Assembly: GCA_964247055.1 (NCBI GenBank)
Contig: OZ176052.1
Span: forward strand, 7,316,001 to 7,380,000
DNA: 64,000 nucleotides
Direction: 5' to 3'
Origin: Paragordius varius
Lineage: Eukaryota; Animalia; Nematomorpha
The notes beneath the pieces are model-generated. The model was not told where the DNA came from. It searched no databases and saw only the letters and a list, made by a program, of their open reading frames with translations. Shown here in pieces: positions 13,001 through 25,520 of the stretch; position 1 is the first letter of the stretch, and each line of letters starts with the position of its first letter. A program made the translations under genes and the position numbers.

Positions 13001-15755
13001 TTTTTCAATATAAGCGCAGAATATCAATACTATTGTCAATTATTTTCTGAAGCCAATTATGTCGTATTGTTTTGTTTATGATCATTACTTTAATGCATTG
13101 ATTCTTATTTGGTTCCCCCCTTTAACTCTTTTGATAATCTCTCGGTGAAGTATTCAACAATTTTCCTTTGCGTCAAAAAATATATATTTCCAATTAATAA
13201 AGGTGTTATGCAAATCTGAAAGATACTTTATTTTTATATCATAATATTCTGTGTTATATGCAAATGTGAAATACATACCTTGGTTATATATCATTACTTT
13301 CACCGTTATTTGAATTGTATTATTTTCTATATTTTTTGTGTAATATGTAAATATTATAACCTTTGTTACTTAAAATTTTATTGATATAATGCAAATTATG
13401 TACAACTAAAATTACTATATAAACCCTAAAAAAACCAAATAAAGAATTCAGTTCATTTCACATTTCTTATATTATCTCCTCCTTTATCTTATAACATTGG
13501 TGGCAATTCGAGTACCGAACTAATCTAACAACTAATCTAACACAACAGTGGAACCTCCGGGTTCCAAACTCGGATGGTGGAGATAGAGTCCAAAGTGCAA
13601 CAACCATGACAATGTCAATTGCCAATATCACCAGCATGTCCATGAAAAAATATAATGATAATACCATTTATAGCAATGGTAATAATTTTAATCGATCACA
13701 ACAATCAAAACCTCGGACACATTCGCGCAAGGATTATGGGAGTGTTCATAAACAAATGTCCCGCCTGGAACCGCAATTGCAAATGCGGAAAACCCAACCA
13801 CTTCGCTAATGTAGATCAAAAAAACACTGCCAAAAATATGTTCAACCGCCAGTGCACTGAAAGCGAACGGGTAAGAATCTATAGCAACTTTGGAATCATT
13901 ATCAACAAATGGCTGGGGAGGACTCCCACATCATTCAACATTTGATGGATGGGTAAGTAAGATTGGCGCGGACAAGCTTGTAATAAGATTGATCGGTAAG
14001 ACGCCTACCTCCCCAGGCCGAGCTAAAGCTACACCCTCGACGATTTCAACAATAAGAGGATGTGTCAGTTACAAAAAGGACACAGTTAAGATTCTGACAC
14101 ATCCTCTTATTGTTGAAATCGTCGAGGGTGTAGCTTTAGCTCGGCCTGGGGAGGTAGGCGCTGGACCAGTTTAAAAGAAATGGTCTAGGGTGGCATGAGG
14201 CAGAGATCAAATGAAACACGTCGACACACATAACATAGGATGTTATCTTTCAAACCAAGATTCGTCGACACACCGCCTACTTAACGACACCGGTCACTCA
14301 AAAAAGTAGTAAGGATAACATTAATAGCAATAATGACAATATCAATGTAAATCCGCACGAGCGTCGTTACCCCGAGAGAATTCGGCGGAAGCCGGTCCGG
14401 TTCTCTTAAGGGGGAAGTGATGTTATGCAAATCTGAAAGATACTTTATTTTTATATCATAATATTCTGTGTTATATGCAAATGTGAAATACATACCTTGG
14501 TTATATATCATTACTTTCACCGTTATTTGAATTGTATTATTTTCTATATTTTTTGTGTAATATGTAAATATTATAACCTTTGTTACTTAAAATTTTATTG
14601 ATATAATGCAAATTATGTACAACTAAAATTACTATATAAACCCTAAAAAAACCAAATAAAGAATTCAGTTCATTTCACATTTCTTATATTATCTCCTCCT
14701 TTATCTTATAACAAAAGGTTAATTACGAAGCCTGTCAAAAAGCATTGTCCCCTGATATGTTAGCCACTGATATAGCCTATTATCTTGTGCGAAAAGGCGT
14801 AAATATTTTTGTTTTTATTTTTTATTTGCTTTTTTAGAAACATTCATTTTTTGTCGTTTTTAGGTTCCTTTCAGAGATGCTCATCATTGCGCTGGTAAAG
14901 TAGTAAGTTATGCGGAATCGATAAATAGTCCATTAGATAAACTTAAGCTTGAAGATTATAAAAGAATTAGGTATGTATTGGTTTTTTTGCATTTTAAATA
15001 TCATAAGCGTTTAAATGGGTTTTTTGAAACATTTACATGAATATTATGGGATTTGTTAATGATGAAAGTGAAATTTATTATCGAGTATCCTACCCAATAT
15101 TAGTAGTATATTTTTTGAGATAATTATATTTGCATATATATTTCATCTAATTTAAGCCGAAAAAAACTAAAAATTAATTTTATTTATTTTGTAGTTAGTA
15201 TGTCATATATAAAGTAACGAAGGTTAAATTCGTCGAGAGATAAAAAATCAATTTAAAAAGAGATACTTTATATATATATATTATAATTTGGGGGAGACGC
15301 AAACTTTTAGATACAGTGAAAAAATCATGGTTAGCAAACGCTATGTAAGTATTAATTTATGCGAAAAACAAAATGCGCCAAATAGTTGTTTATCAGTATT
15401 GTTGTCTTATTAAAAAGGAGTTAAGTGCCTAAATTTTTTAAAATTTATTTAGATTGATAATTTGCATGTAAAATGGATAAAAATATACAATGTAACTCCA
15501 TTTATATTTAGTTTTTGAGGTTACCTAATATCGGCGTTTTAAATTAATTAAGCGCTTTGTCAAATTTCATAAATGTGATCATATAAGTACTTATTGATAT
15601 ATTATAGCCCCCAATTTGATGCTGACATTTTGGACATATGGGATTATGAGAGGAGTGTAGAACAATACACTGCAATTGGCGGGACAAGTTCACAAAATGT
15701 TAAATTGCAAATCGATTATCTCAAATCATGGCTACGAAAATATCTTAAAATATAA
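7097..15755 (+). CDS. ASL: Argininosuccinate lyase, 8 exons, 493 aa
   Basis: join(7097-7204,7229-7399,7520-8042,8310-8424,8780-9008,14718-14798,14864-14970,15608-15755). All junctions are GT-AG and phase-compatible. Motifs: [47 protein letters not shown], signature [47 protein letters not shown]. Confidence 0.95.
9095..12404 (+). mobile_element. Full-length RTE-like LINE (APE + RT, with a Cys-rich finger inside RT) in ASL intron 5; ORF disrupted
   Basis: 14-bp TSD CATACTCTTTATTT at 9081-9094 and 12405-12418. APE motifs: [23 protein letters not shown] motifs: [28 protein letters not shown]. The C4/PHD-like segment reads CISC..WVHKKC..FKCLNC. The 3' tail is ATCCATCC. Lesions include a frameshift in the A9 run near 10010 and a stop at 10368-10370. 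Confidence 0.92.
13204..14713 (+). mobile_element. Young non-autonomous 1510-bp Gypsy/Mag-derived LTR element (TRIM-like)
   Basis: Two 293-bp TG...CA LTRs (13204-13496, 14421-14713) appear identical by eye. 5-bp TSD AAAGG at 13199-13203 and 14714-14718; PBS TGGTGGCA at 13498; PPT AAGGGGGAAG just before the 3' LTR. The 924-bp interior has a gag zinc-knuckle remnant ([19 protein letters not shown]) and an integrase-tail remnant ([12 protein letters not shown]). Confidence 0.95.
14002..14160. repeat. Perfect 67-bp inverted repeat with 25-nt loop inside the LTR element
   Basis: 14002-14068 (CGCCTACC...GTGTCAG) is the exact reverse complement of 14094-14160 (CTGACAC...GGTAGGCG). Confidence 0.95.
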
Positions 15756-16480
15756 TAATTATTTGTCGTAATATTTTATAACATAATGTATGATCCATAA
15801 ATTTAATATAAATATAGATGTGCTTTATTGCGTTGTTAAATAATTTGTTTTTAGTATTGATTTATGTTTATTTTGCAAAGCCAAAAACATAGATTAAATT
15901 TGATATACAAACATATTATCACCGTAATTTTTGCAAGAGCTAGCATATTTGACCAATATTTTTACAAATTTTCAATTATATTTTTTTATTTATTTTTTCA
16001 ATAAATCTATCCAAAACACATATTTAACTCCTGAAATACTCATTAAGTTTTGTAAATATTTTAAATATTTATAATTTTTAATATAATTTAAGATATTGAG
16101 GACGAGTTTTAATTAATACATAAGTTAACTCGTGTAAAATAAATAAATTTATTAAAATAATAAAATATTTCGGACCTTACTGATAATTTATCAATTATAT
16201 AAAAATATTAAAAATGAAAATAAAATTAAATAAACAATTACAATTTTTTCTTAAAACAGTTTTATACAGTATTTACCATTCTTTGAAATATCATGAAGTA
16301 AGCCTCAACAAAATTTTGCTAAAAATTAAATTTATAAACAAAATATGCATATTAATCTAGCATATATTTTTAACGCAAAATATCGGCATTTTTGCGTTGG
16401 TTTTGAAAGAACCAGCCGATTTTATAAGGAGAAAATTTGAGACTTTCGGAGTTCATATTTAAATAAATTTTATTAAGTTA

Positions 16481-16529
16481 CTTCGTGGATACAAAACTCC
16501 GAATATGGAGTCCTAATTTATCCGTCCAT
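16481..16529 (+). mobile_element. Short 3'-end fragment of the RTE-like LINE family at 9095-12404
   Basis: GTGGATACAAAACTCCGAATATGGAGTCCTAA..TATCC.TCCAT matches 12362-12407. Confidence 0.75.
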
Positions 16530-17129
16530 TAATATCATATATTTTGATGATATTTTTTGAAATAAAATATTAAGCTATTATAAAATTTTTAAATATAAGG
16601 TGCGCTATTGCGCTTTTACGTTATCAGCAATTATCAAAAGGGGAAATTCCTATTACATTCGTAAAACCCAAAACCAAAAGAACTATTGATTCCTGATAGA
16701 TTTATATATCAGAATATAATTTCATCGATTTTTCCTCCGATTTCGGACGCAACATTATATATGTGGGTCACGAAAGTCTTAAATTTTCGAACCCGTTTAA
16801 ATAAACAAATTATCTAGTACTTAAAAATGCTAATATTGTGTGATTAGCTATATTTTGACAATAAAAATATTTTTAAAGAATCGGATATTTTGCTTAACAC
16901 TCCATAACCTTTTGGGATAGTTTTATAGCCCAAAGCGATTTGAAACTTAAATATGTTAAAAATATCTAAGCTATTAACCCGAATTTAAAAATATATTATC
17001 TTTAAACTTTTAGGCGCACAATGTTAAATCGTTTTATTGTTGTTTATAACCGGCCAGATCTATTATTTAGCTAAAACTTAGTCTAATAGATATTAAAAAC
17101 CTAAAATAAAAAAACACTAGCAATCAATT

Positions 17130-17990
17130 AACCCATTTAAAATCGGGTGCTGGAATGTGCCATCATTAACAGAAACTAAACAGGTTATAAGGAAAGAGAT
17201 ATGGAAAGATTGAACTTAGATATACTTAGCGGAGACTAGGCAAAAAAGTAGCGCGAAAGCACAAAACATATACCTTGCTAAGATCGGGAGAGAGGATCAA
17301 AAATCAGAAGACATTGCTGTACTAATAAAAAGCGAATATCATTAATTAACCCAGAATCATGAATATTTGGCTGAATGCGAACCACTTAAATTTACATACA
17401 TAGTAGTCTATGCTCCTATGTCAAATGCTCCTAAAGAAGACATAAAGGATTTTTATGCAAAGCTGCAAATAGTTTTGGATGAAACGAAGAAAGGAGATAT
17501 GATTATCATAGGAGTGAATGGAACGGCAAAGTTGGTAGAGGTACACGAGATAAAATACTCGGGACATATAGATTGGGAAAACGAAACGAGGCTGAGGAAG
17601 CATTAATTAATTTTTGCCGGGAAAACGAGATGATGGTAACCAACACATGGTTTCCACAACACTATAGGATGCTATACACATGGACCTATCCATGCGGTAA
17701 ATACAGAAATCAAATCGATTTTATAATATGTCTACAAAAATGGAAAAGCCATATGCGCGATAAGCAGTGATTGCTTTACCGATCAAGAGCTATTAATAAC
17801 AAAAATGTAACTTAAAATTAAAAATAATGTAACAGATATGACACCCGGCACATATCAAATAGTTTCGATCTGAAACAAAGGAGATATTGGATAAATTAGA
17901 CAATGAATGTAGTTCCGAACAACTATGGTTAACTCTAAAAAATGTGTTTGATGAAGTGGCAAAGATAAAAGTGCAAAGGTAAAGAGTAAT
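17130..17990 (+). mobile_element. Decayed RTE/BovB-like LINE endonuclease region
   Basis: Fragments WNV, IVVYAPMSNA..EDIKDFYAKLQ, NEMMVTNTWFPQH.RMLYTWTYP....NQIDFII, with several frameshifts and stops. Confidence 0.7.
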
Positions 17991-19249
17991 GTGACCAGAT
18001 AGGCTGTTTTTTGCAGTACAGTACTGGGTTTTCAGAAAAAAACTGCGCCTGTACTGCGCCAACTTTTGTACTGCTTTTTGAAATTAAAAAAAAATAATTT
18101 TTTATAAATATATATTTATTACCTTTTTTCAGAAAAATTATTTGGAATTTAAGGTAATACCCTTTGTAAAAATAACCCAGAATTTTTTCAAGAAACGGTT
18201 TATTTTGCGGTAAAAAACTAAGATTAGCCTATTTTTAATTAGTTAATATTTTTTTCCGCTCGGATTATACATAAATTTGGGTTTTGGATCGGTCAAACTG
18301 GTTAGGATCGCAGCCTTTCGCGCAGTGGCAAAACTATAAATCTCTGACTCCACCGTAAAATTCAGGGCAATGGCCCTTTCACTTAGGGCTTCCGCAAAAA
18401 AGAGGTGCCTCAAAATTTAAAATTAACAAAATTAATTTATGATATTATAAATGTTTGATCAGGTGAAAGTTCATTTTTTGTTTTAATTATTAAAGGGAAA
18501 ATTATATAGAAAATTGTTATTCCCGTAACATATATAAAATTTATTATATATGGCATATGATTTCGAAATAAGCTTTTTTTGTATTAAATTAAGAGTTTTT
18601 ACGTTTTCTAACTCATTAGGTGGGAGGTATGATATTTTTTAATTTTTTCCTAAACTTTAATTTTTATTAGTTTTCTTATTTTTTGCATAAACAAAATTGA
18701 GATATTTTGTTGAAGCGTACTTCAAATTATTTTGAAGCATGATGGAAACGGATAACACTTTAAGATATAATAATACCCTTTTTCTAATAATTCGATGATG
18801 TTGAACATTACTATAGGCTGAGAATTTTAATTTAAAGCTTTGTTTGCTTGCAAATTTTGGTTTTTTTGTAAAAAATATAATCAAAATTCTGAGTTATAAG
18901 TGTTATAACATCTCAACCATTTATATCGTTTCCATCATGTTCAAAATAATATGAAGTACGGCTTCAACAAAATTTTACTAAAAAATAATTTTAAAAGTAT
19001 GCATTTCTTCAAAAATTTAATATCAAAATTTAGCATATATTTAAAATTTTACAATGTCGGAATTTTTGCGTTTATTATAAGAAAACAGTTCAATTCAAAA
19101 GAGCCAAATTCAGAGCCCACATCTAAAAACCTAAAGCACCATGATAATCCTGATATTTTCCTATTAGAATATCCATAATTCATTTGGATATTTTTTTGTG
19201 GAAACTGTTTAATATCAGGCAAAGTATGTTATAATTTTGTACTGCGTCA

Positions 19250-21040
19250 AAGCTTAAAATATCTGGTGAAATTAGTAAAGTGGAAAGATGATAAATTGAT
19301 ATTAGAAAAGAATTCGGAGACAGAAAAGCGGAAAAGCTATATCAAGGGGTGATAATAATATGGTTAAAATATTAACAAATAATTTCAACGACAAACAAGG
19401 AAGGATTACCGAGATTTTCTCAAACAATCTATAGAAATGGATGAAAAAGAGGACTAGTCAGCCAATGTTCCACAGACTGAATCAAATGACTCACTAATCC
19501 CATATATCATCCCAGATTAAAAAGAGAATGACACTATATTGTGCATACAAACAGAAGTAGGGAAATGATGGAGGGATTACACCCAAAACCTTTATCGAGC
19601 GCCTTAAACAAAAGGATTACTATTAAAAGAGGAAGACCGTGATCAATATATCCTAAGAGCGGAGGTTGAATTTGCTTAAAACATATTCATCACAAGAAAG
19701 CGATGGGATTAGACAATATCCCAATAGATCCCATAAATGCTATTCCTGTAGAAACGTTACACAAGCTATGCCAAAAAGTGTGGGAAACATGTGAGTGGCC
19801 AAACGACTGGGTATCATCTGCGTATCTCCCAATATACAAAAAGGTGATGTACTCCAGTGCGAAAACTACCGAAACATAGATCTTATTAGCCATTTAGTAA
19901 GGCCATGCTAAAAATTATACTAAACAGAGGCACAGTATTACGCAGCCAGAAAAACCAGAAAATCAGAAGGAAAACAGCACAAGAGGCCATATATCAAACA
20001 TGAGAGGGATAGAAATATTTAGAAGTTTCACAAAGAATTTATGCATGGTTTTATCGATTATAAACAAGCTTTTAATTCGATAAATTATGGATCCTTATGA
20101 ACACAGAAGTTACTAGGGGTATCGTCCCACTTAATATGATTCATTCTCTATAAACAAAAACAGACTACTAGAACATCAGCGGGGGCACAGAGGAATTACC
20201 TATATTGAAATGAGTGACAATGGTGTTGTCCTTATCCCCTTATCTGTTCAATATGTGCACAGAAAGAAATGAAAATATATTGTAGTAGATAGGAGGGAAA
20301 ACAATGATATATTTTAGGTTTGCAGACGATACCACCCTTATAGCGGAAAGCGTAAGCGATTTAATTAAATTGATCGAAAAGATTCGGAAGGAATTGAGTT
20401 ATTTTATGCTTAACCATAATAAAACCAATATATTAAGCAAGATTGGTATAGATGGGGTAGAAAAAGTGGTTAATCGACTAACATTTTTGGGTCCTATAAT
20501 TTCCGAGCATCGCTCTTCAACTCCGGATATCAGAAAGAGTATAGGATTGGATAGGGCGATGATGAAATTAATAAAGATCCGGAAAAACAAAAGTGTGGGA
20601 GTTGAAACTAAAAAAAAGATTACTCGGTTGTTTTGTTCTTCCGTTCACACGTGGATGTGAGAGCTGGACTCTCAGAAAAGGAGCCAAGAAATTCTGATGG
20701 CTCTTGAAATGAGCTATTGGCGTAGGATGCTAGGACACACATGGAAAGATAAAATTAATAATGGAAAACTAGTATACAGATAAATACACAAATACATTAG
20801 AGAAAATTTACAAAGAATGTTACCAAATTTTGGTCGTGTCATGCGATCTACACTATTTTTGAAGGTATAAAGGCAGAGGAAACGAGACCGACCACCGATA
20901 AGTGGATAGACATATAAAAGAGGAAACTAAGAGGACAAAGAACGAGATTAATGTAGCGATATAAATAGAAGGAAGTGATCAATTATATCCAAAACTCGTT
21001 TAAGACTTGGGAAAACTATCCAAAACGATAGATGATTGAT
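19250..21040 (+). mobile_element. Decayed RTE/BovB-like LINE RT region, an older relative of 58546-60080
   Basis: Long colinear nucleotide similarity to 58570-60070 (e.g. AAAGCGATGGGATTAGACAATATCCCAATAGA; RFADDTTLIAES), with many indels. 5' boundary approximate. Confidence 0.85.
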
Positions 21041-23003
21041 TTTTTTGGAGTAATTTACATATGTTGAAGCCCTAGCCATGGGATTAAAAAAGCCCTTAGT
21101 TTTCCCTTTAATCAAAAATATATATAATCATCTTTAATTCATATGGTTTCCTGTGTTTTCTGAAAATTAGCTTCGAATCCTGGTTTTTTTGGTGTGTATT
21201 TTACAAAGGGTGCAGCACTACCCAATGATCTTTTACGAAGCGGAAAACTTTTGCCTTTAACTTTATTGAATCCATATAGTATTATAGCTTAAATAACTTA
21301 GAAGCCACGTTGTTTTTATATGCTGGCGTATTCGACATAGGATAAAACCCGAACCAGGGTTAGTTTTAAAGCCATTTTTCATATGGTGACGTTAAAAAAG
21401 TTAAATCCTGCGGTTTATTTAAAAAACCCCTGGGTAAAATTTCTTCATTTATATCGAAAATAAATAAATACCCCCAGATTTTCTAAAAATAAACTTATAA
21501 GCCCTGTTATTTACAAATGAAGGCGTATTCGACAAGGTGTTTTGGCGGATCAGGGGCGGAGCCCTGCATCGGGATTTTTAAAAAATAACCGTTGTTAAAA
21601 AATTTTCCTCGGAAATATAAAATCACGATAGAAACCATATGTATAGCTTATTTGAAAATCAACTTCAATGGCATGTTATTTTTTTATAGTTTCCTATATA
21701 GAGTTTGGAGCCCCTAACGCGGCTTATTTCATAAAAATCCCTGACCAAAACTGCTTTAAATTGGAAATATCTTAAAATATTTGTAATCGATATGGTCTCC
21801 CTTTTCTGAAAATTAGCGTCAAGCCACGCCGTTTTAATTGGTGCGCATTTAACATAAGGAGGGGCCATGATCTACGGGTTGTTTAAAAAAGCGCTAGACA
21901 AAAATTTGCATCTCACAACTTTGGTGAAAATTGCTTCAAATATTTATATTGAGACATATATTTTTGGAAAAAATGTTATTAATACGAGGGGAGCGGAGAA
22001 AATTTCAAAAATGTGGGTCGACTATGTTTGGCGCTTAAAACATTAGTTTGAATAATATACACGTTTTCCGGAATATAATTGCCTCAAAGGCACGATATTG
22101 GGAATCTCTCCCTTAAAACATATTTTACACCGGTTGGGTCTGAAAGGGCCTTCAAAAATGACCCGATTATAATGGACCCATTTATAATAAATTACCCGCA
22201 TGTATGTGCGTACCGCTAAAAATTTGAAATCTCTGATTTGAAACAATATACTCACTAAATCTTACTAAAATTGATAGTTTTAATCAATTTTTTGAATAAG
22301 CCTATCCAGTTAGCAACAAACTAGAATAAGTGTTTAATTGTTTTCCCTTTTTTTCTCTTATATTCGTAATATATTAAAATATTTTTGAAAGCTTAATATT
22401 TTATTTATTGAACTCTGGTATTAATGATCTCACACGTTTTCCAGAAAATGGTCTCAAAGCCAACATTCGATATTTTTATAAATAAAAAATATATCAACTT
22501 TCACCTGTCGCTTGACTTCGTCCCCAATATTATCTATGAATTTATTACACGGTGCGCATCTAAATTGCTGAATTAAATTTTGATATTAATATAGACTTTT
22601 TGATGTATGGCATTGGCTGACGCAACAACCTCTCCAGGCTTGAATCGAACAATGACTGTAAATCCTTAATGACCCCGATCTTTAAAACTTACCGGAAAAA
22701 CTTCAATAACTGTGGCCAACTCAGCTCTTGAAGCTGCGCTGATGAACGCGATTACGATTATACCCCGAAAACCTCGATCACTTTTAAGCTCTTGACAACG
22801 AGGAAACGCACCAGAGTTACTAATCCTATCTCGTTGGAAACCAACGCAAAACTTCTATGCTATATGACGATGACATCGGAACCGCTGATATTTGAGGGCT
22901 GATTACCAATATTCAACTTTTATTTGAACCGGATACTTTGCTCCAGATTGAATGGTACTATTGCGAAGTCGGTAGTATTTTAAGGTTAATTCCCACTGCT
23001 GGA

Positions 23004-23337
23004 TAAGGTATAAATTTTATTTTACAACGCTCTGTTAATGTCAGTTAGTATTGATGTAATTAAGGTATAAATTTTATTTTACAACGCTTTGTTAATGTCA
23101 GTATTGATATAATTAAGTTATAAATTTTTATTTCACAACGCTTTGTTAATGTCAGTATTGATATAATTAAGGTATAAATTTTTATTTCACAACGCTCTGT
23201 TAATGTCAGTTAGTATTCATGTAATTAAGGTATAAATTTTTATTTTACAACGCTTTGTTAATGTCAGTAGTAATGTAATTAAGGTACAAATTTTTATTTT
23301 ACAACGCTCTGTTAAAGTCAGTTAGTATTGATGTAAT
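23004..23337. repeat. Tandem repeat, about 6 units of 53-58 bp
   Basis: Unit TAAGGTATAAATTTTATTTTACAACGCT(C/T)TGTTAATGTCAG(TTAG)TATTGATGTAAT repeated head-to-tail with no spacers. Confidence 0.92.
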
Positions 23338-23889
23338 ATTTACAACAAAATCTGTTAATGGTAAACACCTATACAGTTAGTTAAGAATATAGACTGCTTC
23401 CCACAGATATCCCACGAACAAAATGTACCACTGAATGTATAAAGCATGCAGATTATTAGCCAATTATTGTGGGACGACGTCCTGGAAAGCAATGTTGGAG
23501 CCGCTGATATTTGAGCAGGGCTGGTTACCAATCTCCGACATCTCTGTTGGTCGGAGTTGAGACTTAGCTCAGAGCAAGCTCAACGACCACTTATCCCGGG
23601 TTAGCGTCCCAGTTGAAGGTACAACTGAAACATGGTCGCACGAAGGGGTAACGTTGACGCTTGTAATGTCTAATATCTCCAAAATTGGTTTACCTAAAGG
23701 CCATACTCATTTAGAAGCAAAAGAAGACCCCCTTCCACACCAAAGATAAGAGCTTAAAATTAACTCTACATTTGACCCGACATAGACCTTTGTCATTACT
23801 TTCTGGAGTAATCAAACCCTGTTTGTACGGTTATTTAAACTCAAATATTGCTTTTACCTACCTAACCAGGCGATATTAACATTTCTTTT

Positions 23890-23892
<3 letters not shown>

Positions 23893-23957
<65 letters not shown>
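23893..23957. repeat. (AT)n microsatellite, about 32 units
   Basis: Directly visible. Confidence 0.98.
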
Positions 23958-23958
<1 letters not shown>

Positions 23959-24015
23959 TTATTAACTATACTAACTCCCATTAACACATCTAACATGAAG
24001 GCATTTATTTATGTA

Positions 24016-24234
24016 TGTAGATACTAACGTCAAACCCAACCTCCGATGTGTTTCCCCGCTCTGAAGCTCAATGCATTACGGGTGGGTAGGGATTGCCTTG
24101 ACGGCAGGTGGCCGACGATCTTCCGACGCTACACCCTTTACTTGTTTACTTGATATTAATATATCTGTTCAATTCAATCGATTGGGGCTGCCCTTATTTT
24201 GGTCTCCCAGAGTCAAAAGTTAAAATAGCTTACA
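24016..24234. mobile_element. Candidate solo LTR
   Basis: A 219-bp GC-richer block with TGTAG...TTACA ends; flanks ATGTA / ATGTT match a 5-bp TSD at 4 of 5 positions. Confidence 0.3.
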
Positions 24235-25026
24235 ATGTTTTATAATTAAATTTCAACTAAAATATCTTTCAAAGTAGATTATTTACAAAATTGATCTCTG
24301 CGATATGAAACTACCCCAATAAGTAAACTCGGACAAAAAAGGCAAAAAGTCATGAAGTGTAAAATATTTAAAACTATAAAATTTCGATCACCGTATTTTA
24401 TGTTATTTTGATGTAAAAATGATATAAAAGCACTTAAAAGTAATATAAATATGCTTTTTTGCTGAGCATTTTCATTACAGAATTTAAATTATTACATTGG
24501 TTCTTCTTTAAATATTATTAAAATATATGTTGTTTTTATTTTGTACATGTATAAACTAAATAGCTAACACTTTTTCGAAATGAAAATAATATGATTCATT
24601 ACCTATATTCTGTATGAGAAAATATTTGTTACACAAAAAAGGGCTTATTTACCGTCAGCGCTCTGGTAAAACATTAAAAAAGTAAACTATTGAAACGAAC
24701 ACACGTTTTACGGACACCTCCTGGAAACAAAAAATTTTGGGGACTTCCATTTTTTCAAAAATTTGATTTTTACACGGTTGGGGTAAAAAAACTGAGAGCC
24801 TAATTTAAAAAAAAACTTAATCACGGTCGGCATATTCATAATTGTTTAATAATTTTTCCTTGTAATCGGAATGGGGTCTCCGATTTCTTTAAGCGTTCCT
24901 CAAAGCTCAACCTCTTATTTTAATTAATAATAGATAGGCGTGAATAAAATAAATTATGGCACCCGATCCACAAGGCGTATAATAATTCACGCGTAATATA
25001 TCCTGTTTTTCTAAATGATCATTGAA

Positions 25027-25520
25027 ATGAATAGCGAACTTGATCATTTTTTGCCTGAAACAGATTTATCGGTTAGTAAAATCTTTTACATTTAGGCTGA
25101 AAAAAAATATTTTGATGAACTAAAAAAAGGGCAACCTTCAATGATAACTCAATTTAATTATTGTAACTCATTAATTTTGTCCAATGAATTTCAAAAGGTT
25201 CAAATGGCCTCTCATCTTCTTGAAGGTACATTTCTTTAATTTTAGAACTCTATATTATTTACAATAATTCTGATTACCATGTTAAAATTTTGATCTCTTT
25301 GATTATTTCATTTTATAAACTAAAAGTATAAATTTAATTTTATGTTAAGCACAACAAAAAATCTATTCACTATTATGAGATGTTGCACGATAAATCGGAT
25401 AAAAAAGTTATTGAACATTATCTTACACAAAAAGAGGATATATACAAAAAATTAACTATTTTCAACACTATAATTACTGCAAGTATAATTCTGATAGGAT
25501 ATGCAATCAAGCGATTTTAA
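25027..25520 (+). CDS. FIS1: Mitochondrial fission 1 protein (Fis1)-like, 141 aa, 4 exons; absent from the ORF track
   Basis: join(25027-25071,25096-25225,25246-25325,25350-25520), with introns of 24, 20 and 24 nt. Product: MNSELDHFLPETDLS / AEKKYFDELKKGQPSMITQFNYCNSLILS...ASHLLE / ELY...LIISFYKLK / ...LTIFNTIITASIILIGYAIKRF*. It resembles Fis1 (EKK..E..G..S..TQF.Y...L..S.....LLE...YxLK) and ends in a tail-anchor TM segment plus basic tail. Confidence 0.8.

Noticed and set aside
23004-23337. CRISPR-like appearance of regularly spaced repeats
   Set aside because: Units are contiguous with no unique spacers, there are no cas genes, and the context is eukaryotic.
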